Shown here: piece by piece, positions 45,352-56,166 of the stretch | Numbering within the stretch: position 1 is the stretch's first letter | Layout: every line of letters begins with the position of its first letter | Origin: a virus | Lineage: Duplodnaviria > Heunggongvirae > Uroviricota > Caudoviricetes | Direction: 5' to 3' (one strand) | Virus record (IMG/VR): IMGVR_UViG_3300006143_000002 | DNA length: 64,000 bases | Made by a program: the position numbers and the translations under genes | The notes under the pieces: model-generated | The model's database searches: none | Seen by the model: the letters and a program-made list of their open reading frames with translations, nothing else | Told to the model about the DNA's origin: nothing

Positions 45352-47307
45352 TTATTTCTCTTCTAATTCCTCATTTGAATTATTATCTCTAAATGCTTTT
45401 GGCATATTTGATTGATTATTCAAATTATTCGTATCAGGTGTATCATTTGTTTCTTCATTATTTTCTTCTGTCTCTGGTGCATCCTCGTTTGAATCATCTA
45501 TATCTTCTTCACTATCTGCTTCATCAACATCAGGTGTCTTATCCCAGAATTTCTTCATAGCACCATGTTTTCCTAATTGTCTTGCATATTCATCTGGTAA
45601 TTGGAAATCTTCCTCTGATACTTTTAAGAAATCTCTAACCCAGTCTATCTCATCTACTATCCATTGTTGTAATGTTGATGCAACTTGTTTTACCCAAGAC
45701 TTATTTGAAAGTAGTGAAATAAGATGTTTACACATAGCACCATAACCATTTGGATTTGTTATATTAGAAGGTCTGTTTTCTGGTTTCCCATATTTATATT
45801 CTAATACAGAAGCCATATAAGCAAATCTATACACAAAATCTCCACAATTACAATCAACTTTTATATTCATACCATCCATTGCACCTAGTAAAGCTTTTCT
45901 TACTGTTTCTAATGACATTTTCTTATCTCTTGCCTCATCTACTTCTAAACCTACCCAATATAAAATATCATCTAATTCTATTGTATCAAAATAGTCTCCT
46001 ACTCTATTAGTTATTACTATTGCATCTCTTGTTTTAATTGATGTTGTATCTATATCAACTAAACTAAAACCTTTATAACCTGCTGATTTATTATATCTAG
46101 TTATTGTTTCTGCTTTTGATTTTGCTAATAATTCATTTCTTGATGCTTCTTCTAACTTTTTACTTTCTACTTTCTTTTTATTATTTCTATATGCTATTCC
46201 AATTTCATCTATATATCTTTCAAAACTATCTGTATTTTCAAACTTTTTATTATCAGGATACAATAAATAGAATGTTCCATTTCTATTTTTACTAATAGCA
46301 CTTCTAATAAATATTGTTCTAAACTGTCTGTCTGCATATTCAAATTCTAATTTTGGTTTTCCTGTTTTTGCATACTCTAACCTAGAATCTATCTTTAATG
46401 TCTGTTTAAGTCTATCTTGTAATCTTTCTAAATTATCATATTGTGCTTGTACCCATTCATTTCCTATACTCTCTTTCAACTTTCTACTTTCTGTCAAAGA
46501 TATTTTATTTGCATTATCTAATAATTCTTTTAATTTTGCAATTTCATTTTTCTGCCCTAATGCACTAAACCCATTATCTATATCTTTTTGTAGCTCTTTT
46601 ATTCTTTTTTTCACAGCATCCACACTAACAAAATCAGAATTATCTACTAAATACATATCTCTATTATCTTTTATTTTTCTTACCTTATATCCATTACATC
46701 TTAAATCATTTTCAAATGATTTCTTATCTGGATAATCACTATCTTCTATAACTTTAGAATTACCATCTTCATCTGTAACATATCCATATAGATGTATTCC
46801 TTCTGTTATTCTTTTACTTTCTAATATTTGTATTTTACCCTTACAGTATTTATTTTCTGTTTCAATTAAATTTATAAGAGTATCATAATTATATGGAGAT
46901 ACAAATTTACCTTCATTTTTCTTAAACACATTTAGTAACTTATCTTTTCCAAACTTATTTATTATACTTGGTATATCAGATTCAACTGTATTTGTATGAC
47001 CTTGAACACTTGATATAGAAGATACCATTAAATCAATATCAATAATCTCTTCTGGTTTTATATTTCTATATACGATATATTCTGTATCATTTTGTTCAAC
47101 TAAATTTTCATCATTTTCATCTATTTCAAATGTTATAGTTGCACCACCATATCCATATCCTCTTACTGTACTACACCAGATACCAGCACCTTCAGCCTCA
47201 CTACCCTTACCATAAACAGATAATCTCATTCCACCTTTAATGCCTTCTGTGTTTATTTTTACAGCATTTTGATTAGAGGTATTATGATATAATGTAATAT
47301 TTCCCAT
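45352..47307 (-). CDS. hypothetical large protein with a SWIM-like CxC...CxH zinc motif and an acidic C-terminus
   Basis: 651 aa, CNCGDFVYRF...CKHL. Terminator downstream at 45306..45336. Confidence 0.4.
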   Translation of the reverse strand: MGNITLYHNTSNQNAVKINTEGIKGGMRLSVYGKGSEAEGAGIWCSTVRGYGYGGATITFEIDENDENLVEQNDTEYIVYRNIKPEEIIDIDLMVSSISSVQGHTNTVESDIPSIINKFGKDKLLNVFKKNEGKFVSPYNYDTLINLIETENKYCKGKIQILESKRITEGIHLYGYVTDEDGNSKVIEDSDYPDKKSFENDLRCNGYKVRKIKDNRDMYLVDNSDFVSVDAVKKRIKELQKDIDNGFSALGQKNEIAKLKELLDNANKISLTESRKLKESIGNEWVQAQYDNLERLQDRLKQTLKIDSRLEYAKTGKPKLEFEYADRQFRTIFIRSAISKNRNGTFYLLYPDNKKFENTDSFERYIDEIGIAYRNNKKKVESKKLEEASRNELLAKSKAETITRYNKSAGYKGFSLVDIDTTSIKTRDAIVITNRVGDYFDTIELDDILYWVGLEVDEARDKKMSLETVRKALLGAMDGMNIKVDCNCGDFVYRFAYMASVLEYKYGKPENRPSNITNPNGYGAMCKHLISLLSNKSWVKQVASTLQQWIVDEIDWVRDFLKVSEEDFQLPDEYARQLGKHGAMKKFWDKTPDVDEADSEEDIDDSNEDAPETEENNEETNDTPDTNNLNNQSNMPKAFRDNNSNEELEEK

Positions 47308-47327
47308 TATATAACCTCCTAATTATA

Positions 47328-47786
47328 TTATTTATTTTCTGTTTTTACCTCTTCATCTTCCTTACTCTCTTCTTTTACTTCATCTTTTTTACTATCTGTT
47401 TTCTTTTTAACTGTTTTCTTTTCTTCTTTTTTTGCTTCTTCATCTGCCTTGGATTGAGATTGAGCTTGAGCCTGAGCTTTTGCTTCCTCTTCTGCCTTTT
47501 GCATTTCTTTCATCATTCTTTCTTGCTCTTCCATTATTCTTCTATTTTCTGCTTCTTGCTCTTCCATTTTTCTTTGAAATTCTTCTTGTTTTCTTTGTCT
47601 AACTTCATTATCATCAATACCCTCAATATTTGTTTTGGATATTAATCCTAATGAAATTAACTTATTTACTCTCTGTCTTTCCATATCATAATATGAATCC
47701 ATTATTGGTTCAGATGTTTCTCCTTTTGCTAATGAAACACCACATACATTAATAACCTTATTACTTCTGTTAAAAATTGTAAACAT
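47328..47786 (-). CDS. E/K-rich low-complexity protein
   Basis: 152 aa, AEEEAKAQAQAQ repeats. Confidence 0.3.
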   Translation of the reverse strand: MFTIFNRSNKVINVCGVSLAKGETSEPIMDSYYDMERQRVNKLISLGLISKTNIEGIDDNEVRQRKQEEFQRKMEEQEAENRRIMEEQERMMKEMQKAEEEAKAQAQAQSQSKADEEAKKEEKKTVKKKTDSKKDEVKEESKEDEEVKTENK

Positions 47787-47803
47787 TTATATTACCTCCT
47801 AAT

Positions 47804-48550
47804 TTAAAATACTTTTTTAAAATCACTTCCATCATATAATAAATATGACTTATCCCCATATTTAGAACCACCTCTATATGTAGAATGTGTATCTGTAAAG
47901 AATAATCTAAAACCTTCTTCTTTTCTTTCTGTTATTGTTTCTACAGGAGAATGCCCTACTATTTGATTTGGTATTAACATTTTCTCTCTTAATGCAGATT
48001 GAAACAACTCTCTTTTATCTGTCCATACAGGAGAACTACATAAATCATTACCACCTCTCATGTATGAACAATATTTATAATATACTAAATTATTTAATTT
48101 ATCTTCTTGTAACTTATCTATAACTGGTTTCCAATCTCCATAAGTATCCAACACTTGACATATATAATCATTTGTAAATCCTGCGTGAGAACATACATAA
48201 GTAGTATTTTCATCTATTTCAAATTCTGTATATAAATCAAATAAATTTATATTATTTTCTAATAATCCATTTACTTCCTCTTCTCTTTCATACTGATGTC
48301 CTGAACAAGGAAATTGTAAATAACTCAATTCATGATTTCCAATACAAAAAGTATATTTATCTGGATTAGATTTCTTTAATTCTATAACCTTATTTAATGT
48401 TTGTATAGATTCAACATTAGTTGTATTCCAATCATCTACATAATCTCCTAAAAAGATTACTCTGTCTAAATTATATTCTTTATCTAATCTTCTTACATCA
48501 TCAAATATATATTGATGATTATGTACATCCCCTACAAATAAAACCTTCAT
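47804..48550 (-). CDS. calcineurin-like metallophosphoesterase
   Basis: MKVLFVGDVHNH, FLGDYVDDW, IGNHE. Confidence 0.55.
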   Translation of the reverse strand: MKVLFVGDVHNHQYIFDDVRRLDKEYNLDRVIFLGDYVDDWNTTNVESIQTLNKVIELKKSNPDKYTFCIGNHELSYLQFPCSGHQYEREEEVNGLLENNINLFDLYTEFEIDENTTYVCSHAGFTNDYICQVLDTYGDWKPVIDKLQEDKLNNLVYYKYCSYMRGGNDLCSSPVWTDKRELFQSALREKMLIPNQIVGHSPVETITERKEEGFRLFFTDTHSTYRGGSKYGDKSYLLYDGSDFKKVF

Positions 48551-48560
48551 ATACTACCTC

Positions 48561-49331
48561 CTATAATACTGTATCAAGCCCTGTTATATGTTGTACACTA
48601 TCATCTTTATTTACAAATTTTCCATAGAAACCTTGTGTACCATCATTATTAACATCATAATAGAAACTAGTATTAACATCTATTGATACAATAGGTTCGT
48701 GGTGTGCTTTCCATAAGTAACAGTCTTCTGAATAGAATGTAAGAGTTGACCTTACTATATTTCCTTTATTATTCATATTATGAATATCACTATTATCTTC
48801 AATTTCACTATTAAACATTATATTAAATGTATGATACATATTTAATCCATGTAATACTTTAACCAAAAGTGTTGGTCTTAAATGATAATACCATAATATC
48901 TCTCTAACTAATGCATCGTTAGTTATTCTATCTCTAGTCCATACATCTAATTGCCAATTTACTGTTATTGGAATTACTTGAGCTCTTACTTCTAATCTTT
49001 CTTTAGGGTTATCAGGATTTTGCATAAGAATTTTATCACCTACGAAAGTTTGGCTCATTTGTCTATCAAGATTTAATTGCCAACTCAATCTCTGTAAACT
49101 TATAAATGGCATTACAATTTTATCATTATCCATCTGCCCTAATATATTAAATGCTTGGTCAGGGGAAGCCATTATAACTTTACTGTTTATATCACTTTCT
49201 GTTATAGGTGGTTGTTTAAATCTTGCTCTAAAATCATTTACAAGTGCAATATCATAAGCATAAACTGACACATCACTCTCTTTTATATTAGGTTGTTGCA
49301 AATTTTTATTATCTATATTTGCTTCTGACAT
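48561..49331 (-). CDS. hypothetical protein
   Basis: 256-aa ORF. Confidence 0.35.
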   Translation of the reverse strand: MSEANIDNKNLQQPNIKESDVSVYAYDIALVNDFRARFKQPPITESDINSKVIMASPDQAFNILGQMDNDKIVMPFISLQRLSWQLNLDRQMSQTFVGDKILMQNPDNPKERLEVRAQVIPITVNWQLDVWTRDRITNDALVREILWYYHLRPTLLVKVLHGLNMYHTFNIMFNSEIEDNSDIHNMNNKGNIVRSTLTFYSEDCYLWKAHHEPIVSIDVNTSFYYDVNNDGTQGFYGKFVNKDDSVQHITGLDTVL

Positions 49332-49347
49332 TTATTATCTACCTCCA

Positions 49348-49860
49348 TTAATCTGATATTATTTTTCCTTTTGTTATACTAGATGTTTTCAACATTATAT
49401 AAGCCTTCCACCATTTATTTAATTGAACATGATTGAACTTTCTTCTTATAAATTGTATCATTCCAGTTCCCTTTACAATATTATCCCCATTATCAATAAA
49501 TTTTAAGAATTTAGTTATTGGTGTTCTTGTGTTAGGAATTAAAACCCTATTATCAAAATATATCTCCCATGTTTCTTTTCTTTTTCTTATTTTAAAACAC
49601 TTTTTTATACTAGCCATAATCATATCTGTTGTAATATCTTTTGAACTTATCCATTCTATCCATCTAGCTCTTTTTATATAATTTAATCTAGCATCAATTC
49701 TTCTTTTGTTTGCATCTCTATTCATATAAATAAATATTTTCTCACACAACCAATTCAAAAAATCTCTAATTCTATCTCGTTCGTCATCTGTTAAATTTTC
49801 GAACTGCATTCTTACTAACATATCCCATCTCCTATCCGCTAAATGGACTGTCCTCATCAT
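49348..49860 (-). CDS. hypothetical basic protein
   Basis: 170 aa, K/R-rich. Confidence 0.3.
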   Translation of the reverse strand: MMRTVHLADRRWDMLVRMQFENLTDDERDRIRDFLNWLCEKIFIYMNRDANKRRIDARLNYIKRARWIEWISSKDITTDMIMASIKKCFKIRKRKETWEIYFDNRVLIPNTRTPITKFLKFIDNGDNIVKGTGMIQFIRRKFNHVQLNKWWKAYIMLKTSSITKGKIISD

Positions 49861-50437
49861 TAATAAATGTATAATTATTTTCCCATTCTTTAAACTTCTC
49901 TGGTGTTGTATCTATTACTTCTGTATTAGTTGTATATAGTGAATTTTGTTCTTTAGATGTAACCTCACTTTTTTCTTGACTAACCTTTTCATTATTTACT
50001 AATGTATATTGATTTCTTTGTGGGAATTGGTCTAGTACTGGTGCTAAGGCTACTGTATAACTATCAGGATATTCTAAATTACTTCCTATTCTAGTTATAT
50101 CAAAAAGTCTAGGTCTGTCTGTACCTTTAATAGTTGCTAACATTATTCTGCACCCAACCATTAAATTTGGAGTGTCAAATGGTATATGTGCAATTATTGG
50201 CAATGTATCTCCTAATTCAGATAACCATCCATAAGTATTTAATGTTTCTATTGTAGGATTTTCATTTAGTATTATATTCATTCTAATAGGTTGAGAATAT
50301 TTGAAATTCTTTTCGGAATGTATTGTATATTCTTTATCTGTAACCCATTGATAAGCACAACTTATACCAACTAACTTACACATTTCCTTAAAGTATCTTC
50401 TTTGTAATAGTGCTTCATTTCTAATAAGCATTCCCAT
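49832..50437 (-). CDS. hypothetical protein
   Basis: 201 aa. The late motif abuts the RBS upstream. Confidence 0.35.
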   Translation of the reverse strand: MGMLIRNEALLQRRYFKEMCKLVGISCAYQWVTDKEYTIHSEKNFKYSQPIRMNIILNENPTIETLNTYGWLSELGDTLPIIAHIPFDTPNLMVGCRIMLATIKGTDRPRLFDITRIGSNLEYPDSYTVALAPVLDQFPQRNQYTLVNNEKVSQEKSEVTSKEQNSLYTTNTEVIDTTPEKFKEWENNYTFINDEDSPFSG

Positions 50438-50453
50438 ATCTTATTAACACCTC

Positions 50454-50474
50454 CATCATTAATATTTTACCGAA
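50454..50474 (-). promoter_or_regulatory. conserved late-gene motif
   Basis: TCGGTAAAATATTAATGATGGAGGTG after two hairpins, and abutting the RBS of the 49832..50437 gene. Confidence 0.45.
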
Positions 50475-50477
50475 TAA

Positions 50478-50520
50478 TAATAGGGTGTATTATATACACC
50501 CTGTTTTAAGTGCAATTTAA
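50478..50520 (-). terminator. tandem hairpins (terminator-like)
   Basis: GTGCAAATATTACACTTTAAATTGCAC and AGGGTGTATATAATACACCCT followed by ATTATTATT. Confidence 0.4.
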
Positions 50521-50540
50521 AGTGTAATATTTGCACTTTA

Positions 50541-52655
50541 TTATATAATAATCATACCATCTCTATTTCCCCATATCTCATTTATATCTGGTTCTTTTTT
50601 AACTGGTTGATTTACTACTTCTGTTTTTAACTTTTGCATCTCTTCACTTATCATAGTATTTATATCTTCGTCTTTATCTTTATTATTTCCTTGAGATGTA
50701 TCTGCTAAATGTACTACACCTCTTGTATCTACTGTAAACCCAAATCTTTTATTTATTGCATTTACATTTGATAAATCTCTTATAAATGTATTTCCTGTTC
50801 CATCTTTAGTTAATATTTTCTGGTCTAGATAATCTAATTCATCTAAATTTACAGATAGTACAGCATTATATACAGCTCCACCTAAACTATCTGCAATATC
50901 CTTACCCACTGATTTTATCATCTCACCATTTACCATTTTAACAGATTGCTTAGGATGGTCTACTTTACCAGTACTTTCGTTCTTCTCTAATGATGTTAAT
51001 TCTCTTTGTAATTCATACAAATCTAGCAAATATAGTCTTTTTTCGATTAATGTATTTCTAAACGATGTATATCCAACACATTCTTTTTTCTTTGTATCTA
51101 CAATATCCATAGATACTTCTTTTACTTCAAATCCATCTAATTTTAAACTCTGTAATAACATTAATGATTGGTAACCATCACATGATACCCCAGCAATATT
51201 CCAACCTAAATCATATTTTAAATAATGTATGAAATCTTTTACTTTAATCATTGAAAGCTCGTCATTAGGAGGGCATTTTAATCCTACACTAAATACATGC
51301 CTGAATACCATCTCTTTCATAGTATTAACAGCACCTTCATCGCTAAATCTTTCTTGATTTTTATATCCTAATACTGCAACTGCACTTATACCTGTCATAT
51401 CCCCAGATTTTGATAAGTCACAATGCACATATATTTTCTTAGTATATAATAATTCAGGTACTACTTCTGGCATAAAGAAATCTTTTATTTTAATATTATC
51501 CTTTAAACCTGTTTTGACTATTTCTTGTTTGAATGGATTTATTCCATCTCCTAAACAAGGTTCTATTATTCTATGTGTTATATATTTGTAGCTACTTTGT
51601 ACTGCAATACCACAAGTATCTATTAATGTTCTGTTCAAATCCATTTCAAATCTATGTAACATCTCTAAAGGTATATCTATTACTTCATAACCTTGTTTTT
51701 CTGCCTCTTTTATCTGTTCACTTGTAACATCTAAAGACATTATATAGCTTTCTAATGTATCATTACCAACTGCTAACTTAAACCACTCACCAGAGAATTT
51801 AGATGCAGGTAATACTTCCCATTGCTTGTATCTACTTACATGCATTCCTGGTTGCCCTTCATTATCTTTAATAAATGATTCTAAAACTGCATTTGTAGAC
51901 TTTGCTGAGGATATTAGATACATTCTACCTTGAATACGTCCAGCAGATAAGAAACGAGATGATAAACGAAGATATAACTGATTATATATTGCCATCATTC
52001 CTGTTTGTAGATATTCAACATTATCATTACTTCCAAATGACATCTCATCCATGGCTGCGAACATAACTGCAACAGATAAAGCATGTTCCTCTGTTGAACC
52101 AATATCTAATTTTATATCCTTATTTGGCTGATATACTAAATTTGTTTTTCCTGATATAGTTCCTCTTTCTCTAAACCACGGAGACATCTGTAATGCTTTT
52201 TGAAATTTACCCCACATTGTTTTTTCTGCAAGTTTTAAATTAAGGTTAAAAAATAAGAACCAAATAGTTTCATTTGCACCTAAATAAAATCTATTAGGAT
52301 TTTTTAAACACATTAATTTATATAACTCATAACATAATGAATATGTAGCAACTGTTGATTTACCTGTTCCTGTACTTCCTGTTATAGCCCATTGGTCTAT
52401 AAAATTTGCTGGATTATGTACATATTTTAATTCTTTTAACCATGTTTCATATATATCCTTACCACCATTTGTATAAGGTCCTAATAAGTCATCTCTTGAT
52501 AAAAATGTCCATAAGTCAACAGGTATTTCTTCATAATCTGCTAAATTTATTGCATCATACATTTCAGATGTACCTGTTTCTGATATATCATTTAGTATTG
52601 ATTTAACTGCTTCTAATTCATCTGGTGTTAATGATGAAAATTGTTCTTCTAACAT
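50541..52655 (-). CDS. terL: terminase large subunit
   Basis: Walker A GSTGTGKST, Walker B MFAAMDEMSF, C-terminal RNase-H-like nuclease motif YVHCDLSKSGDMTGISAV. 704 aa. Late motif and RBS upstream. Confidence 0.7.
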   Translation of the reverse strand: MLEEQFSSLTPDELEAVKSILNDISETGTSEMYDAINLADYEEIPVDLWTFLSRDDLLGPYTNGGKDIYETWLKELKYVHNPANFIDQWAITGSTGTGKSTVATYSLCYELYKLMCLKNPNRFYLGANETIWFLFFNLNLKLAEKTMWGKFQKALQMSPWFRERGTISGKTNLVYQPNKDIKLDIGSTEEHALSVAVMFAAMDEMSFGSNDNVEYLQTGMMAIYNQLYLRLSSRFLSAGRIQGRMYLISSAKSTNAVLESFIKDNEGQPGMHVSRYKQWEVLPASKFSGEWFKLAVGNDTLESYIMSLDVTSEQIKEAEKQGYEVIDIPLEMLHRFEMDLNRTLIDTCGIAVQSSYKYITHRIIEPCLGDGINPFKQEIVKTGLKDNIKIKDFFMPEVVPELLYTKKIYVHCDLSKSGDMTGISAVAVLGYKNQERFSDEGAVNTMKEMVFRHVFSVGLKCPPNDELSMIKVKDFIHYLKYDLGWNIAGVSCDGYQSLMLLQSLKLDGFEVKEVSMDIVDTKKKECVGYTSFRNTLIEKRLYLLDLYELQRELTSLEKNESTGKVDHPKQSVKMVNGEMIKSVGKDIADSLGGAVYNAVLSVNLDELDYLDQKILTKDGTGNTFIRDLSNVNAINKRFGFTVDTRGVVHLADTSQGNNKDKDEDINTMISEEMQKLKTEVVNQPVKKEPDINEIWGNRDGMIII

Positions 52656-52668
52656 AAAATACCTACCT

Positions 52669-52689
52669 CCCTATTAATATTTTACCAAA
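52669..52689 (-). promoter_or_regulatory. conserved late-gene motif upstream of terL
   Basis: TTTTGGTAAAATATTAATAGGGAGGTAGG directly after a terminator. Confidence 0.45.
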
Positions 52690-52730
52690 ATTAAAGAAGG
52701 GTATTAGTTACCCTTCTTTATTTGCAATAA
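52690..52730 (-). terminator. rho-independent terminator
   Basis: AAAGAAGGGTAACTAATACCCTTCTTT plus AATTTTGG. Confidence 0.5.
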
Positions 52731-53029
52731 TAATCTTTTTTCCACATCGCTAACTCTTCGTCTAAAGTATTTTGATATTTTACCTTCCAACTATTTACAC
52801 CATTAGCTATTTCTGCTTGGTCTTTATACCAACTTGCTATAGCATCTTCTCTTGGTTGATACCAGCTAAAATCACATATATCCCAACTATCAAATAATTT
52901 CTTGTAGCCTTTTCCATTTGCAATTTCACCTTTATATCGTCTTACTTTCCTATTTGCAATGTTTTTCATTCCTGGAGAGTTGAACTTTCTTCCAGGAAAT
53001 TTCCTATAACTCCTAGACATATCTGTCAC
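52718..53029 (-). CDS. hypothetical basic protein (possible small terminase, unproven)
   Basis: 103 aa, immediately upstream of terL. Confidence 0.3.
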   Translation of the reverse strand: MTDMSRSYRKFPGRKFNSPGMKNIANRKVRRYKGEIANGKGYKKLFDSWDICDFSWYQPREDAIASWYKDQAEIANGVNSWKVKYQNTLDEELAMWKKDYYCK

Positions 53030-53114
53030 CTGCTTTCTGGCAGGGTTTCAATAACCTGCCTAGAAAACACTCATTCTTTTTAACATTATTATCACCTCTT
53101 AATATTATAACATC

Positions 53115-55634
53115 TTATATATCCCATCTTATTGGAATTAAAAATTCTTGTAATTCTGCTTGATGTCCATCTAACATATAATCTATGAAGTCACCTGCAT
53201 CATAATATGAATATGCATCATCAAAGTCCTCATAATCATCACCAGTAAATTCATTTACACCTAATTCAATTAGCTTATTATAAATTCCCTCAACATCTCC
53301 ATTAAATGTATATAATGCCATTCTATGAGTACCATCATGATGTATTAAATTTATTGATAGACTTTCGTCATCACTTGTTTCAAACTCTATTATATCATAA
53401 TCTGCAACTAATGATTTAAAATCGTCCATTCCTCTTAATACTTTTCCTGCATTACCAGTTCCTCTCCAAGTTTGTGCTGTACCTAACATTATAACTAAAT
53501 CATTATCATCTAATTGTCTTTCTATCATAGGTAGTATATTCTCGTTCCAATCTTCTGATATTGCTTCATTATCATTTTCATTGTACATTTCTAAATAGTC
53601 TTGAATTAAGCCATCATAAATATTGTCCATCTCTTCTTGGTTATTTGGGTCTATTCCTAAATTTTCTGCTTCTTCTTGTGCTTCTGCATTTACATCATGA
53701 AACTCCGCTAACCACTCTTTAAAGTCAGGGTCATTCTGGTCAACATACTCACTTTCAGAACTCCATACTTTTGTTCCTTCAACTATCTTTTTACTTTCTG
53801 TTTCTTTTCTTCTCTGAATTTCATTATCAACATCCATATATAACTGGTCTAAATAATCAGCTACTTCTGTATTATCTTCTGTTCCTTCTCTTTTATTAAT
53901 TATATCTGTCATATATGCATCTAAATCTTCTGTTGACATATCTTTATAATTTGGTTCTTCTAAATTTTCTGTTATTTTCTTATTTTCTTCATATTCTTTT
54001 CTATATTCACCTGCCACATCTTCTAGTATATTTATTGTTTCTTTAAATCTATTCTCAAAATCGAAATCAGTATTTTTAATATATTCTACTAAACCTTTTG
54101 AACCACCTTTTATATTTAATGCTGGTATTAAGTATCCTATATTTCCCATTATTTTTGATTTATTAGCAGTTATTAAATCTTCATCATTATCTTTTATTGC
54201 ATCTTGTAATTCTTCTAAATAAATATCTAAATTTTGTAATCTATTATTTATTCTTCTGTCTGCCTCATTTCCATATAAGTCTTTAGATAAGTCACCTTCA
54301 ACTTTTTTACTCTCTTCAAGTTCTTCATTATACCAACTACCATCACATGTTATTTGTTGACTTTCACCTGTTTCAGATGATGTTACTGTCCATCCTATAT
54401 TTCTTGTCAAAACACCATCATCTGTAAATCTTGAAGGATTCAAACCTGCATCTTCAAGTGCTTGTTCTATTTCATAAAATATACCTTTATCATAGGTATC
54501 TCCTTCTGTCAATTTTTTACTTTCTTCAAATTCTTCTTCGTCATCATACTCATATAATTCATCATCTTCTACATAACTTGTATCTACTTTACTTAACACT
54601 GTAACAAAGTTATCAGCCCAACTAAATGCACTATCAGCTTTATAATCATTAAATAGTTCATCTATTGCTTCTTCAATAGTATTATTATCTTCTATTAGAT
54701 TTAAAATATTAGATATAGTTAAATCCATATATGAATTTAGATGATGAGATTTATCAGAATTATTTAAAATATCAACAGCTTTCTTTGGAAAATAGAAACC
54801 ATCAACTAATGTTTTATTATCTCCTTCATCTAACATATCTTTTAAATCTTTGAAAGCATCTCTAGCCTCTTGTGGTATATTTTTCTTTACTCTTTCACTA
54901 TAATCTTTTGCTAATGATTTTTCATTTTCTACATAGTCACCATAAGCATCTTCTTGTAGTTTCTTTCCTTCTATTTGTTTACTTTCTTTTCTCAATGGAT
55001 TTTCCTCCTCATCTTCAACCATTTCAGGTTCTTCTAAACTTTCTTGATTTTCTATATCTTCTGGTTCTTCAAGATTTTCTTCGTGTTCTATATTATCCTG
55101 TACTTCTTCTTTATCTGTCACAGCATTTGTATTTTCAACTCTACCATTCACAACAAAACTATCTGGTACTTTACAACATATAGGGCATGTATCTTCTCCA
55201 CTATCTAATAATGTATCATTTACAAATGTTCCTCCACATATAGGGCATGATAAAATATAATCTCCCTCATATTTATCTGTAAATGGTAATTCTCCTACAT
55301 CTGTATTATCAACTATACCCTGTAATTCGTCAGCTACTTCTTCAAATTCCTCACTTGTTATTTCAGGGTCTGTTACTACTAATATTCCATCTGCAATTCC
55401 ATCAACATTTTCCTCATCTTTCTCTGTTTCTGGTTTATTTGGGTCTTCTCTTGTTGGTGCAGATTTAATTATATTTGCAGTATCTATTGCTTCTTGGTTT
55501 GCATCTTTAACATTTTTATCTATTTTTATTTCTGTATCTTGTTTTCCTATTACATTATCTTCTTCTACTTTTTGTGTTTTTCCTAACATTTGAGCCATAA
55601 GTTCATGTAATGATTTTCCGTTTCCTACATCCAT
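53115..55634 (-). CDS. large acidic protein with a Zn ribbon
   Basis: Start set at MDVGNGK after RBS AGGAGG. The ORF-track extension overlaps the promoter. Contains CPICGG...CPICC and is very D/E-rich. Confidence 0.4.
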   Translation of the reverse strand: MDVGNGKSLHELMAQMLGKTQKVEEDNVIGKQDTEIKIDKNVKDANQEAIDTANIIKSAPTREDPNKPETEKDEENVDGIADGILVVTDPEITSEEFEEVADELQGIVDNTDVGELPFTDKYEGDYILSCPICGGTFVNDTLLDSGEDTCPICCKVPDSFVVNGRVENTNAVTDKEEVQDNIEHEENLEEPEDIENQESLEEPEMVEDEEENPLRKESKQIEGKKLQEDAYGDYVENEKSLAKDYSERVKKNIPQEARDAFKDLKDMLDEGDNKTLVDGFYFPKKAVDILNNSDKSHHLNSYMDLTISNILNLIEDNNTIEEAIDELFNDYKADSAFSWADNFVTVLSKVDTSYVEDDELYEYDDEEEFEESKKLTEGDTYDKGIFYEIEQALEDAGLNPSRFTDDGVLTRNIGWTVTSSETGESQQITCDGSWYNEELEESKKVEGDLSKDLYGNEADRRINNRLQNLDIYLEELQDAIKDNDEDLITANKSKIMGNIGYLIPALNIKGGSKGLVEYIKNTDFDFENRFKETINILEDVAGEYRKEYEENKKITENLEEPNYKDMSTEDLDAYMTDIINKREGTEDNTEVADYLDQLYMDVDNEIQRRKETESKKIVEGTKVWSSESEYVDQNDPDFKEWLAEFHDVNAEAQEEAENLGIDPNNQEEMDNIYDGLIQDYLEMYNENDNEAISEDWNENILPMIERQLDDNDLVIMLGTAQTWRGTGNAGKVLRGMDDFKSLVADYDIIEFETSDDESLSINLIHHDGTHRMALYTFNGDVEGIYNKLIELGVNEFTGDDYEDFDDAYSYYDAGDFIDYMLDGHQAELQEFLIPIRWDI

Positions 55635-55665
55635 TTCAAATCCTCCTAATCTTAATATACTATGT

Positions 55666-55694
55666 ATTATAATACAAGTTTTAAAATATGTCAA
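55666..55694 (-). promoter_or_regulatory. consensus promoter (extended family)
   Basis: Reverse complement reads CTTGACATATTTTAAAACTTGTATTATAAT, between a late motif and the RBS of the 839-aa gene. Confidence 0.6.
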
Positions 55695-55721
55695 GCAATT
55701 TTATAAAATATTTAAAACTAT

Positions 55722-55742
55722 CATCATTAATATTTTACCAAT
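55722..55742 (-). promoter_or_regulatory. conserved late-gene motif
   Basis: TTATTGGTAAAATATTAATGATGA after a terminator. The consensus promoter at 55666..55694 follows. Confidence 0.45.
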
Positions 55743-55790
55743 AACAAAAGTGGTATTACAATCTTTTGAAAGTAATACCACAATTCTACA
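55743..55790 (-). terminator. rho-independent terminator
   Basis: GTGGTATTACTTTCAAAAGATTGTAATACCAC plus TTTTGTTATTGG. Confidence 0.5.
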
Positions 55791-55792
55791 AA

Positions 55793-56161
55793 TTATTTTG
55801 TTTCTTCTGTTTTAGCTTCTTCTAATTCAGGTGTTACTGGTGTGTACCAGCTTGCTTTAAATCCTTTTATTGCAGCTTCTATTAAAATTGTTGCTTCTGC
55901 TTCTGTAATAGTTATTCCTTTTTCTTCTAACCATTCAACAGATGTTTCAAGAGCTTTTTGTAATTTCTCTTTTCCATCTAATGCTTCATACACTTGTTGT
56001 ACATACTTAACTGTTGCTTCCACAACTTCTTTTTTAGTATCTGTATTGATTTTTTCTTCAAATTTATTTTTTATCTTTAATGCTACATAACCTGCAATAG
56101 CTGTAACTATTGTAACTACATAAGGCATTAAAGCTGTTATGATTTGATTTACTTGTTCCAT
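55793..56161 (-). CDS. holin-like single-TM protein
   Basis: N-terminal TM ITALMPYVVTIVTAIAGYVALKI with a charged C-terminus, two genes from the endolysin. Confidence 0.4.
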   Translation of the reverse strand: MEQVNQIITALMPYVVTIVTAIAGYVALKIKNKFEEKINTDTKKEVVEATVKYVQQVYEALDGKEKLQKALETSVEWLEEKGITITEAEATILIEAAIKGFKASWYTPVTPELEEAKTEETK

Positions 56162-56166
56162 ATAAA

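Noticed and set aside
45352-47307. Portal protein assignment for the 651-aa ORF downstream of terminase
   Set aside because: Position is suggestive, but no portal motifs were recognised. The SWIM-like Cys/His cluster argues for something else
49334-49360. Degenerate late-motif-like GGAAAAATAATATCAGATTAATGGAGG upstream of the 48561..49331 gene
   Set aside because: Only the ATTAATGGAGG half matches. This is too weak to list as a feature, though it may be a diverged copy
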